Positions 19,997 through 29,007 of a DNA stretch of 64,000 bases are shown in pieces. How positions within the stretch are numbered: the first letter of the stretch is position 1; each line of letters opens with the position of its first letter. The notes beneath the pieces are model-generated. The model was not told the origin of the DNA, made no database searches, and saw only the letters and a program-made list of their open reading frames with translations. The translations under genes were made by a program, and so were the position numbers. This DNA comes from Deltaproteobacteria bacterium HGW-Deltaproteobacteria-14 (lineage in GTDB: Bacteria > Myxococcota_A > UBA9042 > PHBI01): positions 453 to 64,452 of the forward strand of contig PHBI01000006.1 of NCBI GenBank assembly GCA_002841945.1, read 5' to 3'.

Positions 19997-21445
19997 ATGA
20001 ACGCCACGACCGAACGTGTCCTCGCCTGGTTCGAGCAGGTGAGCGCCATCCCCCGTTGCAGCAAGAACGAAGCCGGCATCCGGCGGTGGCTGCAGGCGTG
20101 GGCCGCTGAGCGCGGCTACGAGACCCGCGGTGACGCCGTCGGGAACCTCGTCATCGCGGCCCCGGCGCGCGGGATGCGAGCTGATCTCGCGCCGATCATC
20201 ATCCAGGGCCACCTCGACATGGTCTGCGAGAAGACCCCCGAGTCGCCGCACGACTTCACCCGTGACCCCATCACGCTGGTCCGCGACGGCGAGTGGCTGC
20301 GCGCGGACCGGACCACCCTCGGCGCCGACAACGGCATCGCCATCGCCATGGCGCTGGCGCTGCTGACCGATGACGACGCGGCGCATCCGCCGCTCGAGCT
20401 CCTGTTCACCATCGACGAGGAGACCGGCCTGACCGGCGCGACCGAGCTCGACCCCGAGATCCTGCGCGGTCACATCCTGCTGAACGTCGACTCCGAGGAC
20501 GAGGGCGTCCTGACGGTGGGCTGCGCGGGCGGACAGCAGACGGACATCGCGCTCGCGCTCGGTCGCGAGCCCACGCCAGCCGGCTTGGCCGGGGCCGAGG
20601 TCCGAGTCCGCGGGGTCAGCGGCGGACACTCCGGCGTCGACATCCACACGGGTCGCGCGAACGCGAACGTGTTGCTCGCGCGCGCCCTGCGGCTCGTGAC
20701 GTCGTCACACGCGGCGCGGATCGCGACGATTCACGGCGGCACGGCGCACAACGCCATCGCGCGGGACGCGGTCGCGGTCGTCGCGCTCCCCGCCGCGGGG
20801 GTCAGCGCCGCCAGGGAGGCGCTCGCAGAGCTCACCGAGACCCTGCGGCGCGAATACGCCACCACCGACCCCAAGCTGACGGTCGAGCTCGTCGCCGGCG
20901 ACGTCCCGGGCGCCGTCGCGACCGTGGACGGCGCTCAGCGCGCGGTCGGGCTGCTCGTCGCGCTGCCGCACGGGGTCGCGCGGATGTCGCCGCACATCGC
21001 GGGGCTGGTCCAGACCTCGAACAACCTCGCGACGCTTCGCACCGACGCGTCCGGCGTCCTGCGCGTCGTCACGAGCCAGCGCAGCTCGGTGATGTCGGAG
21101 CTCTACGCCCTGTCCGACCGGGTCGCGCTCATCGCACGGCTGGCCGGGGCGGACGCCTCCACCGACGCGGGCTACCCGGCCTGGGAGCCGAACATGGCCT
21201 CCCCGCTGCTGACGCGCTGCCGCGAGGTGCACGTGCGCGAGCTCGGCGCGGAGCCGGTGGTCGAGATCATCCACGCCGGCCTCGAGTGCGGCGTCATCGG
21301 GGCCAAGCGCCCGGGGATGGACATGATCTCCTTCGGGCCGACCATCAAGGACCCGCACAGCCCCAACGAGCGCCTCCACCTCCCGAGCGTGGAGCCCGTC
21401 TACCGCTATATGAAGGCCATCCTGGCCTCCTTCGCGGAGGGCTGA
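19997..21445 (+). CDS. pepD: Aminoacyl-histidine dipeptidase (M20C)
   Basis: QGHLDMVCEK, TTLGADNGI, DEETG, GGHSG.DI, IHAGLECG, HSPNE. Confidence 0.95.
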   Translation: MNATTERVLAWFEQVSAIPRCSKNEAGIRRWLQAWAAERGYETRGDAVGNLVIAAPARGMRADLAPIIIQGHLDMVCEKTPESPHDFTRDPITLVRDGEWLRADRTTLGADNGIAIAMALALLTDDDAAHPPLELLFTIDEETGLTGATELDPEILRGHILLNVDSEDEGVLTVGCAGGQQTDIALALGREPTPAGLAGAEVRVRGVSGGHSGVDIHTGRANANVLLARALRLVTSSHAARIATIHGGTAHNAIARDAVAVVALPAAGVSAAREALAELTETLRREYATTDPKLTVELVAGDVPGAVATVDGAQRAVGLLVALPHGVARMSPHIAGLVQTSNNLATLRTDASGVLRVVTSQRSSVMSELYALSDRVALIARLAGADASTDAGYPAWEPNMASPLLTRCREVHVRELGAEPVVEIIHAGLECGVIGAKRPGMDMISFGPTIKDPHSPNERLHLPSVEPVYRYMKAILASFAEG

Positions 21446-21487
21446 GCGCGACCCCGGCTCCCCCCGCCGTCCGTCGAGACGGCGGGG

Positions 21488-21814
21488 GTACGCCGTGCGC
21501 ACCATCGCGCCGCTCGTCCCGAACGACAGCTGCTCAGCGTGGCAGGTCCCGTCGAGCTTCACCTCCCACTGCACGTACGGGTACACCGCGCCCTCGGCGA
21601 CCACGCCGTTGTCGACGATCCCGGTCCCGAGCGCGTCGTCCGCGGTGCCTCGCGTCCGGAGCCAGCAGTCCTCGATGCCCACGCTCCCCGTGTCCTTGCG
21701 GACCACGCCCAGCGCCACGTTCCAGTAGACCTTCTGCGCCGACACTCCGCCGCTCGTCAGCTCCTCGAGCCCACGATAGGCGCCCACCTGATAGAGATAG
21801 GCGTCCGCGTCCAC
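21488..21814 (-). pseudogene. Orphan 109-codon fragment of the 'KVYWNVALG' domain, paralogous to 36946-37272
   Basis: VDADAYLYQVGAYRGLEELTSGGVSAQKVYWNVALGV matches the 36.9 kb copy at 27 of 37 residues; no convincing start, RBS or signal peptide; the frame runs on antisense into pepD. Confidence 0.8.
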
Positions 21815-21945
21815 GCTCGGAGACCTCACCCGACCAGCCCGAGCCGGTCTTGCCTATCTCGTGTCGTTGGTCGAGGGGTGACCCTCGCTCGCCGGGCCGT
21901 CGGGGGGGGCGGTGTCTCGCCTCCCCCGACGATCCGCGGGGCGAA

Positions 21946-22086
21946 TCAGACGCTCTCGTCTGGATCGTATGGACCCGGAGGGGCCCCGCCGATCGACTCG
22001 AAGCGGCGGCCCTGGCGCACCTTCAGCGTGTAGAACAACGAGCCGAGGAGGGCGACGACGATGACGCCACCGATGAGAAACTCCAT
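21946..22086 (-). CDS. Small single-pass membrane protein (46 aa)
   Basis: MEFLIGGVIVVALLGSLFYTLKVRQGRR...; GAGGT upstream; TM helix followed by basic residues. Confidence 0.6.
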   Translation of the reverse strand: MEFLIGGVIVVALLGSLFYTLKVRQGRRFESIGGAPPGPYDPDESV

Positions 22087-22254
22087 GTGAGACCTCGCAG
22101 GTGAAGCAGCTGGTGAGACAGCGCGTGCGGGTGCTGCGGCCCTCGCGGCACCCGCACGCGCGGCGGGGCACGCACGAGCGCGGGAGCGCCGTGCGGCGTG
22201 GAACACAGCGACTGGTGGGCGATTCGGAGCGGGTGAGAGGCGCCTGAGCGAGCC

Positions 22255-22638
22255 TCAGCCGGTCGTTCCGCCCAGACCGTCCACCGCGAGACCCGCGCGC
22301 AAGTGACCCGGCGAGCGCCACGGGGCGCGCTGCCGGGCGCAAGTGCGCGCGAGGGCGTCGATCGTCCGAAACGACGCCCGTGGGTCACACGACCGACGCG
22401 CCACCATATCCACGTGTCCGCAGATCGTTGGGGCGCCGCCAGACAGGGGAGTCCGGCACTCGCCCGCCTTGCCCTCGACCGGGAGAGCCGCCCCGACACC
22501 GCGCTCACCGCCGGGGTCGGAGAACGCCTGGCGGGTGCTGTCGTGCGCGTGGCGGGGGGCGAAGACGAGCACGCAGGCTCCACCGCACCCCAAGGCGACC
22601 GCCAAGGCCACCCACACCGACTTCTGTAACACGCCCAT
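22255..22638 (-). CDS. Hypothetical protein with a signal-like N-terminus (doubtful)
   Basis: MGVLQKSVWVALAVALGCGG...; no recognisable domain; atypical codon usage. Confidence 0.3.
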   Translation of the reverse strand: MGVLQKSVWVALAVALGCGGACVLVFAPRHAHDSTRQAFSDPGGERGVGAALPVEGKAGECRTPLSGGAPTICGHVDMVARRSCDPRASFRTIDALARTCARQRAPWRSPGHLRAGLAVDGLGGTTG

Positions 22639-22825
22639 CGACGCTCCAGAGGCCCGAACGACAGGGACGCGCCGCGTCCGTCACGACGCTACGCCCGCCC
22701 TTCGCCGACAGCAAGGAGAAGGTGACCGATCCCGATCTCCCCGATCTCCCGTCCGCGATCTCCGTGCCATGTCGCGTCCGCCGACGCGGTGTCTTGGCGG
22801 ACAACGTCGGACAATCGCGGGTGTG

Positions 22826-22923
22826 TGGCGGAAGCGCAGGGGAATCGAACCCCCCCAGGACGCCTCTCAGCGCCCCACTACGGTTTTGAAGACCGCGCGG
22901 CCCACCAGGACCGGCGCGCTTCC
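22826..22923 (-). tRNA. selC: tRNA-Sec (anticodon UCA)
   Basis: 98 nt; 8-bp acceptor stem GGAAGCGC/GCGCTTCC plus GCCA; anticodon loop CTTCAAA; long variable arm; GGTTCGATTCC T-arm. Confidence 0.96.
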
Positions 22924-22979
22924 GCTCGCGAGAATAGGGCCCGCCAGACGCGGACGCAACCTCGATGTGCGCGCGATCC

Positions 22980-23000
22980 GCGTGTTGCACTGCAACACGC
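22980..23000. promoter_or_regulatory. Perfect palindrome GCGTGTTGCA-C-TGCAACACGC between the divergent selC and deiminase genes; probable operator
   Basis: 10-bp inverted repeat with a 1-nt centre; best copy of a motif that recurs across the window. Confidence 0.55.
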
Positions 23001-23185
23001 CTCGCGGGATCCGGGGCCCCCCGCGGGGGCGGGGTTCGAGGAATCGAACGCCGCGCTCCTGACCGGGGTTGGCCGCTGATCCGGGCGCAGCGCGAGTTCC
23101 CGCAAGGCCTTCGTTGCGCCGCCCCTGCCTCGCTCCTAGGATGCGGCGTCGCGTGAAGCGATCAAGCCCGCGCCCGGGAGCAACG

Positions 23186-25465
23186 ATGGACCCTATGAAA
23201 GCGCCTACACGACTCGCCACGGCCCTGGTCCTCCTCGCCACCCTCGGCGCGTGCACCGCAAGCCCCCCGCCGCCCTCCACGCCGACGACCACCGTCGCCA
23301 CGACCGCCCGGGACGAGGCCCCGAAGGCCGTACCGTTCAGCGCGCGCTTCGACGCGACCGGACGCTTCGTGGCGGACGACCGGATCCTCCCCGCCTGGCG
23401 CCTCGACCCGACCCTGCCCGCCGCCAAGGGCGACCAGTACGACGACATCCGCACCGCGGCGCCGCAGCTCTACGCCATCACCGAGCCGCCGGACCGCATC
23501 GCCACCGTCCGCCCGATGGTCGAGTGGGAGCCGATGCGGGCCATCGTCATGACCTACCCCGGCTACATGCTGACCTCGACCAACGCGACCGACACCTTCG
23601 TCCAGGTCGCCGTCCACGCGTCCGAGGTCGGCGAGGTCTGGTTCGCCGTCGACGGCGCCAGCGCCGAGAACGGCCTCAAGTCACGCATCCTCACCGCCGG
23701 CGTGTCCCAGCAGACCCTCGACGACAAGATCAAGTTCTACCGCACCGACATCGACAGCGTCTGGTTCATCGACTCCGGCCCGCTCCCGATCGTCGACACC
23801 GCGACCGACACCTTCGCCTTCGCCGACTGGCGCTACTACCACGAGCGGCCCCTCGACGACGGCGTCCCCACCGTGCTCGCACGCAACATGGGCGCGTTCG
23901 GCTACGAGCAGACCGCCACCGTCTACCGCCTCCCCCTCTACATGGAGGGCGGCACCTTCCAGGCGACCACCGACGGCATCTGCTTCACCAGCGACCGGCA
24001 GATCTACAACCTCAGCTGCTACGACGGGAGCTGCAACGACAACATCGAGAGCATGAGCCTGACCGCGCTGCAGACCCACCCATACACCCTCCAGATGGAG
24101 ACGCTGCTGAGCGACTACGTCGGCTGCAAGGACCTCGTCGTCATGCACAGCATCACCGACGACGGGACCGGCCACATCGACATGTACATGAAGGTGCTCG
24201 ACGACGGCCGCGTGCTGATGGGCGAATACGCCGCGCCCTACGCCAACAACGCCGAGCAGACCAACGGCCCCCGCCTCGACGCCAACGCCGCCTTCCTCGA
24301 GGCCTACGTCAAGCCCGACGGAACCAGCTTCACCGTGCCGCGCATCGTCATGCCCGGGCGCCGCAACTCGAGCTTCGGAAACATCCCGTTCACCTTCATC
24401 AACTCGACCCTCTTCAACGGCGTCAACCTGTGGCCGTACAGCGACTACAGCGCGTGGGACGCCCAGAAGGCCGCCGCCCAGGCGACCTGGGACGCCGTCC
24501 TCCCCGACTACGACAACATCCCCATCGAGGCCACCGAGCTCTCCTTCTACTCGGGCGCCATCCACTGCGTGACCCGCACCATCCCGGCGCAGCCGGCGGC
24601 GGACTGGGTCGATGACGGCACCTGCGGCGACGGCAGCTGCGTCGCGCCGCCCCACGGCTACGACGGCGAGTGCAGCCCCGCCGGTATCAGCGAGCAGGTC
24701 TGCTGGGGCCCCACCTGGCTGTGCGAGTGCAACGACTGCGACAACGGCTGCGCCACCACCCCGAACGGCTGCGGCGACATCACCTACTACGGCTGCTGTG
24801 ACGACGGCACGCTCTACTACTGCGAGACCAACCAGGTCTACTCCCAGCCCTGCGGCGGCTCCTGCGGCTGGGACCAGTCCAACGACTGGTATGACTGCGG
24901 CATGTCCGGCGCCGACCCGAGCGGCGAGCACCCGCTCGCGTGTGGCGCGACGTGCACCCCGAACTGCGCCGGCAAGACCTGCGGCGGCGACGGCTGCGGC
25001 GGCACCTGCGGGGACTGCGGGGCCGGCTCCACCTGCGTGAGCGGGACCTGCGCGTCGACCTGCGTCGACCCGGTCTGCACCGTCGGAGACAGCGGCTGCG
25101 ACGGGGCCGTCGCCTGGGCGTGCATCACCCAGGACGACTGCCCGATGCGCGCCGAGGTAGACTGCGCCACCAGCGGCAAGATCTGCGAGGCCGGTCAGTG
25201 CGCCGTCGCCCCGGTCGAGCCCGAGCCCGACACCACGTCGCCCGACACCGCCACGCCGGACACGAGCGCGGGGACCGACACCACCACGCCCCCCGACACC
25301 ACCGGCACCGGCCTCGACGTACAGGGCGAAGGCGACGTCCAGCAGCTCGCTCACAAGAGCTCCGGCTGCGCTGGCGGCGGCGGCCGCGGCTCGGGGGCGC
25401 TGGCGCTGCTCCTGGGGATCGGGCTCCTGACCTGGCTGCGGCGCCGACGGCCCGCGGGCCTCTGA
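23186..25465 (+). CDS. Exported agmatine/peptidylarginine deiminase family protein with Cys-rich repeats and a MYXO-CTERM-type tail
   Basis: Lipobox LGAC; EWEP, WFIDSGP, EGG, TGHIDM, GAIHCVT; CGGDGCGGTCGDC repeats; C-terminal SSGC-linker-TM-RRRR. Confidence 0.85.
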   Translation: MDPMKAPTRLATALVLLATLGACTASPPPPSTPTTTVATTARDEAPKAVPFSARFDATGRFVADDRILPAWRLDPTLPAAKGDQYDDIRTAAPQLYAITEPPDRIATVRPMVEWEPMRAIVMTYPGYMLTSTNATDTFVQVAVHASEVGEVWFAVDGASAENGLKSRILTAGVSQQTLDDKIKFYRTDIDSVWFIDSGPLPIVDTATDTFAFADWRYYHERPLDDGVPTVLARNMGAFGYEQTATVYRLPLYMEGGTFQATTDGICFTSDRQIYNLSCYDGSCNDNIESMSLTALQTHPYTLQMETLLSDYVGCKDLVVMHSITDDGTGHIDMYMKVLDDGRVLMGEYAAPYANNAEQTNGPRLDANAAFLEAYVKPDGTSFTVPRIVMPGRRNSSFGNIPFTFINSTLFNGVNLWPYSDYSAWDAQKAAAQATWDAVLPDYDNIPIEATELSFYSGAIHCVTRTIPAQPAADWVDDGTCGDGSCVAPPHGYDGECSPAGISEQVCWGPTWLCECNDCDNGCATTPNGCGDITYYGCCDDGTLYYCETNQVYSQPCGGSCGWDQSNDWYDCGMSGADPSGEHPLACGATCTPNCAGKTCGGDGCGGTCGDCGAGSTCVSGTCASTCVDPVCTVGDSGCDGAVAWACITQDDCPMRAEVDCATSGKICEAGQCAVAPVEPEPDTTSPDTATPDTSAGTDTTTPPDTTGTGLDVQGEGDVQQLAHKSSGCAGGGGRGSGALALLLGIGLLTWLRRRRPAGL

Positions 25466-25776
25466 CTCGAGGCGACGGCAGGTCGACGACCGAGACGACG
25501 GCGCCGTTTCGCAAACCGCAGGTCGCGCGCCAGCGCGGTCCCGTACCGGCGCTGACCGCGCCCGGCATGAACTCCCGGGCCCGCGGGTTTCACGAACGCG
25601 CCGGAGAGACGTCTCCGGACCGTGACTCCCCGCGCTACCGTCCGTCGCCGCCCAATCTTGTCCCGGCGCGGGCGGGTCGTTACGCTGACGACAGCGCGGG
25701 GTCGGACCCAATGGTTTGCTAGCGTGCGGTAGAGTCGAGCAGGGTCCCGACGGCGCGTGTGTGGTCGAGGGGGAGA

Positions 25777-26895
25777 ATGGAGCTGGAGGAACCGCGAGAG
25801 CTGGATGCGCCCTGGGGTCGGCTCGCGCTGGTCTTTGGGCTGGCGCTCGCCGTGCAGGTGCCGCTCTTCGCGTTCTTCGACTCCCAGACCCACGGCACCG
25901 ACACGGCGACCCTGTGCTCGGCCGAGCTCGGGCGGCTGCTCTCCGCCAACGCCGTCCCCATGCGCGCGACCTTCGAGCGCGCCCGCGCCGACCTGTGCTC
26001 GCCGGACCCCGCGCCGACGATGCGCGCGGTCGCGATCCGCATCCAGCGCGACGAGCCCGAGCCGGAGGAGCCGCCGATCCCCGAGGACGCGGTGGTCGTC
26101 GACACCCCCGACCAGCAACCGCCCGAAGACGCCCCGCCGATCGAGACGAAGTACCTGTCGACCAAGGACACGCGCACCAAGAAGCAGACCCGCTCGGAGC
26201 GCGTCGCGCCCCCCTCGCGCAAGGCCCCGGGCAGCGTCGCCGTGCAGGCGCCCTCGCCGGTGCAGTCGGAGCAGTCCAAGAGCGCCAACCCCACGGTGAC
26301 CAGCCAGGACCAGGCGGAGATCAAGCTCGCCGACGCCGCGCCGAAGCTCCCCGAGGCGGACACCGGTCACAAGAAGCCGCAGTCCGTGGTCGAGCAGGGC
26401 CGGGACACCCGCATCCTGCTGCCGGCCACCAGCGACGCGGCCGCCCTCGCCAACATCCAGGCCCTCGCCGGGGACTTCACCTCCAACGACCACCTGCCGG
26501 ACATCGATCCAGGCAAGTCCACGATCCTCAACGCGAACCGCTACAAGCACGCCGACTTCTTCTTGCGCGTGAAGCGCGCCGTCGAGAAGCACTGGCACCC
26601 GGCGGAGCTCTACCGGAGCCGTGACCCCACGGGCAACGCCTACGGCGTCAAAGACCGCTACACCGTCCTGCGCATCACCCTGAGCGAGCAGGGACGCGTG
26701 CTCGACATGTCGACCACCCGTAACTCGGGCCTCGACTTCATGGACCAGGAGGCGCGGCAGGCGTTCCAGCGGGCCCAACCCTTCCCGAACCCACCCGAGG
26801 GCCTCCTCAACCCCAAAAACGAGATCGTCTTCGAGTTCGGCTTCTACTTCGAGATCACCGCCGGGACCCGCCGCTTCGAGTGGCGCCGGCTGTGA
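25777..26895 (+). CDS. TonB-family protein (N-terminal TM, Pro-rich linker, TonB C-terminal domain)
   Basis: FFLRVKRAVEKHWHP, LRITLSEQG.V, SGLDFMDQEA..AF.RAQPFPNPP. Confidence 0.85.
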   Translation: MELEEPRELDAPWGRLALVFGLALAVQVPLFAFFDSQTHGTDTATLCSAELGRLLSANAVPMRATFERARADLCSPDPAPTMRAVAIRIQRDEPEPEEPPIPEDAVVVDTPDQQPPEDAPPIETKYLSTKDTRTKKQTRSERVAPPSRKAPGSVAVQAPSPVQSEQSKSANPTVTSQDQAEIKLADAAPKLPEADTGHKKPQSVVEQGRDTRILLPATSDAAALANIQALAGDFTSNDHLPDIDPGKSTILNANRYKHADFFLRVKRAVEKHWHPAELYRSRDPTGNAYGVKDRYTVLRITLSEQGRVLDMSTTRNSGLDFMDQEARQAFQRAQPFPNPPEGLLNPKNEIVFEFGFYFEITAGTRRFEWRRL

Positions 26896-26946
26896 CCTGA
26901 TGGCGGCGCCTTGCCGCGCACGCCCCGGCGCCTAGATTCGCAGTCG

Positions 26947-27996
26947 ATGTCGAAACGAGGCCCCCGACCAAAGCGCGCGCCCGTGTGCGTTGGAACCGCT
27001 CTTCGCGCCGCGCTCGCGTTGGTCGTCGCCCTGCTGCTGGCGCTCCCACCCCGCACGGCGCGCGCCGACCTGCCGTCGGAGGCGGCGCCGTACGGCGAGA
27101 CCGCGCACTTCGTCTACTTCGGCAGCGACGAGGTCACGAGCGCCGTCCACAAGGTCATGACCGTGGCCGAGGAGCGCTTCGGCCGGGTCTGCGCCGCGCT
27201 CGGCGCCTGCGACACCCTCGGCGGCAAGATCGACGTATGGATCGCCGAGGACCCGGAGCAGTTCGCCGCCGCCTTCCCAGACGGCGCCCCGATGGCCGAG
27301 TGGGCCGCCGGCGTCGCCTTCATCGGCGCCCGCCGCGTGGTCTTGCGCGCCCACGGCACCGCGCTCTTCAGCCTCCTCGAGACCTTCGATCACGAGGTGG
27401 CACACGTCCTCATCAACGCCGTCGCCGGCGGGCGTCACGTGCCACGCTGGCTCACCGAGGGGCTCGCCATCTGGGTCTCCGGCGAGGATGTCATCGCCCG
27501 CCTGTCCGCCGCGCACCAGGCCGCCATCACCGGCAACCTCCTCACCCTCGACGAGCTCGACGCCGGCTTCCCGAACCGCGGCTCGCGCGTCCCGCTCGCC
27601 TACGCACAGTCGGCGCTCTTCACCCGCCACCTCATCGGCCGCGGCGGGCCCGGGGCCCTCGTCACGGTGCTGCGCCGGATCGGGGCCGGCGAGCCCTTCG
27701 ACGCCGCCTTCACCGAGCGCTTCGGCGCGCCGGCCGACGAGCTCGCCGCGGACTGGGTCGCGACCCTCGAGGAGGAGACCTCGCCGTTCCTCCTGCTCCA
27801 CGACAGCTCGCTCTTGTGGTTCGCGATGACCCTCGTGTTCGTCGCCGTCGGCCTGCGCCTCAGCCGCGAGAAGAAGGCGGCCTTCGCCCGGATGGACGCC
27901 GAGGACGCTGCCGCCGAGGCCCGCGCCGAGGCCGCCCGCGCCTTCGCCGAGCTCGAGGCGCAGCGCCACTCGGGCGAGCCGCCGACCTTGCACTGA
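26947..27996 (+). CDS. Peptidase MA-like zinc metallopeptidase with signal peptide and C-terminal TM helix
   Basis: HEVAH (HExxH), PRWLTEGLA, LAYAQS. Confidence 0.82.
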   Translation: MSKRGPRPKRAPVCVGTALRAALALVVALLLALPPRTARADLPSEAAPYGETAHFVYFGSDEVTSAVHKVMTVAEERFGRVCAALGACDTLGGKIDVWIAEDPEQFAAAFPDGAPMAEWAAGVAFIGARRVVLRAHGTALFSLLETFDHEVAHVLINAVAGGRHVPRWLTEGLAIWVSGEDVIARLSAAHQAAITGNLLTLDELDAGFPNRGSRVPLAYAQSALFTRHLIGRGGPGALVTVLRRIGAGEPFDAAFTERFGAPADELAADWVATLEEETSPFLLLHDSSLLWFAMTLVFVAVGLRLSREKKAAFARMDAEDAAAEARAEAARAFAELEAQRHSGEPPTLH

Positions 27997-28047
27997 GAAA
28001 CGGCCGCGTGCTACGCGGCAGCCCATCTGGAGACAGGGAGGGCGCCC

Positions 28048-28914
28048 ATGGCCGCAGAGATCATGGACGGCAAGGCCGTCGCGAGCAGAGTGCGCGAGGA
28101 GGTCCGCGAGCGCGTCGAGGCCCTCGCCGCGCGCGGCGTCGTCCCTGGGCTGACCGTCGTCGTCGTGGGCGATCACCCCGCGAGCGCGATCTACGTCCGC
28201 ATCAAGGTGAAGGAGTGCGAGCGCGTCGGCATCGCCTCCCGCGTCGTCCACCTCCCCGCCGACGCCGCCGACGACGAGGTCCTGGCGCTGATCGACCGCC
28301 TCAACGCCGACCCGCGCGTCCACGGCGTCCTCGTCCAGCTTCCGCTCCCCGATCACATCGACCCCAAGCCCATCGTCGACCGCGTCCACCCCCACAAGGA
28401 CGTCGACGGGCTCCACCCGACGAACGTCGGCTGGCTCCAGGCCGGCCGCCCGGCGCTGCTCGCCTGCACCCCGCAGGGGGTGATGCGCCTCCTGCGCGAG
28501 TACGACGTCCCGATCCTCGGCAGCCACGCGGTCGTGCTCGGCCGCAGCGCGATCGTCGGGCGCCCGATGTCGTGGCTCCTGCTGCGCTCCCACGCCACCG
28601 TCACCACCTGCCACCGTCACACCGTCGATCCGGGCCACCACGCGCGCCAGGCCGACATCCTCATCTCGGCGGTGGGCAAGGCCGGCCTCGTCACCGGCGA
28701 CTGGGTGAAGCCCGGCGCCGTCGTCATCGACGTCGGCATCACGCGCCGCGCGGACGGGCGCATCGTGGGCGACGTCGACTTCGACGCCGCCCGCGCGAAG
28801 GCTCGCCTCATCACCCCCGTCCCCGGCGGGGTCGGGCCCATGACGGTCGCCATGCTGCTCACGAACACCTGCCTCGCGGCCGAGCGCATGTTGCAACGCA
28901 GCATCACCCCGTGA
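28048..28914 (+). CDS. folD: Methylene-THF dehydrogenase/methenyl-THF cyclohydrolase
   Basis: YVRIK, GVLVQLPLP, KDVDG, CTP.G, GRS.IVGRP, ITPVPGGVGPMTVAML. Confidence 0.97.
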   Translation: MAAEIMDGKAVASRVREEVRERVEALAARGVVPGLTVVVVGDHPASAIYVRIKVKECERVGIASRVVHLPADAADDEVLALIDRLNADPRVHGVLVQLPLPDHIDPKPIVDRVHPHKDVDGLHPTNVGWLQAGRPALLACTPQGVMRLLREYDVPILGSHAVVLGRSAIVGRPMSWLLLRSHATVTTCHRHTVDPGHHARQADILISAVGKAGLVTGDWVKPGAVVIDVGITRRADGRIVGDVDFDAARAKARLITPVPGGVGPMTVAMLLTNTCLAAERMLQRSITP

Positions 28915-29007
28915 CACGCCGCGCGGGAGAGAGCGTTCGCGCTACGGCGTGATGTTGGGGCGCGGCACGGCTGGTCAAATGCTGCGCCCCGCGTACCATG
29001 GGCGGCG

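Noticed and set aside
23030-23065. Second tRNA-like T-arm (GTTCGATTCC on the minus strand) or a selC att repeat
   Set aside because: Only a 10-nt match forming a short GTTCGA-GGAA-TCGAAC hairpin; no cloverleaf, and it lies on the 5' side of selC, the wrong side for an att duplication
24600-25320. Repetitive TGC/GGC-rich DNA as a possible CRISPR or tandem repeat
   Set aside because: Explained by Cys/Gly-rich and Asp/Thr/Pro coding sequence; no constant repeat-spacer period here or elsewhere in the window
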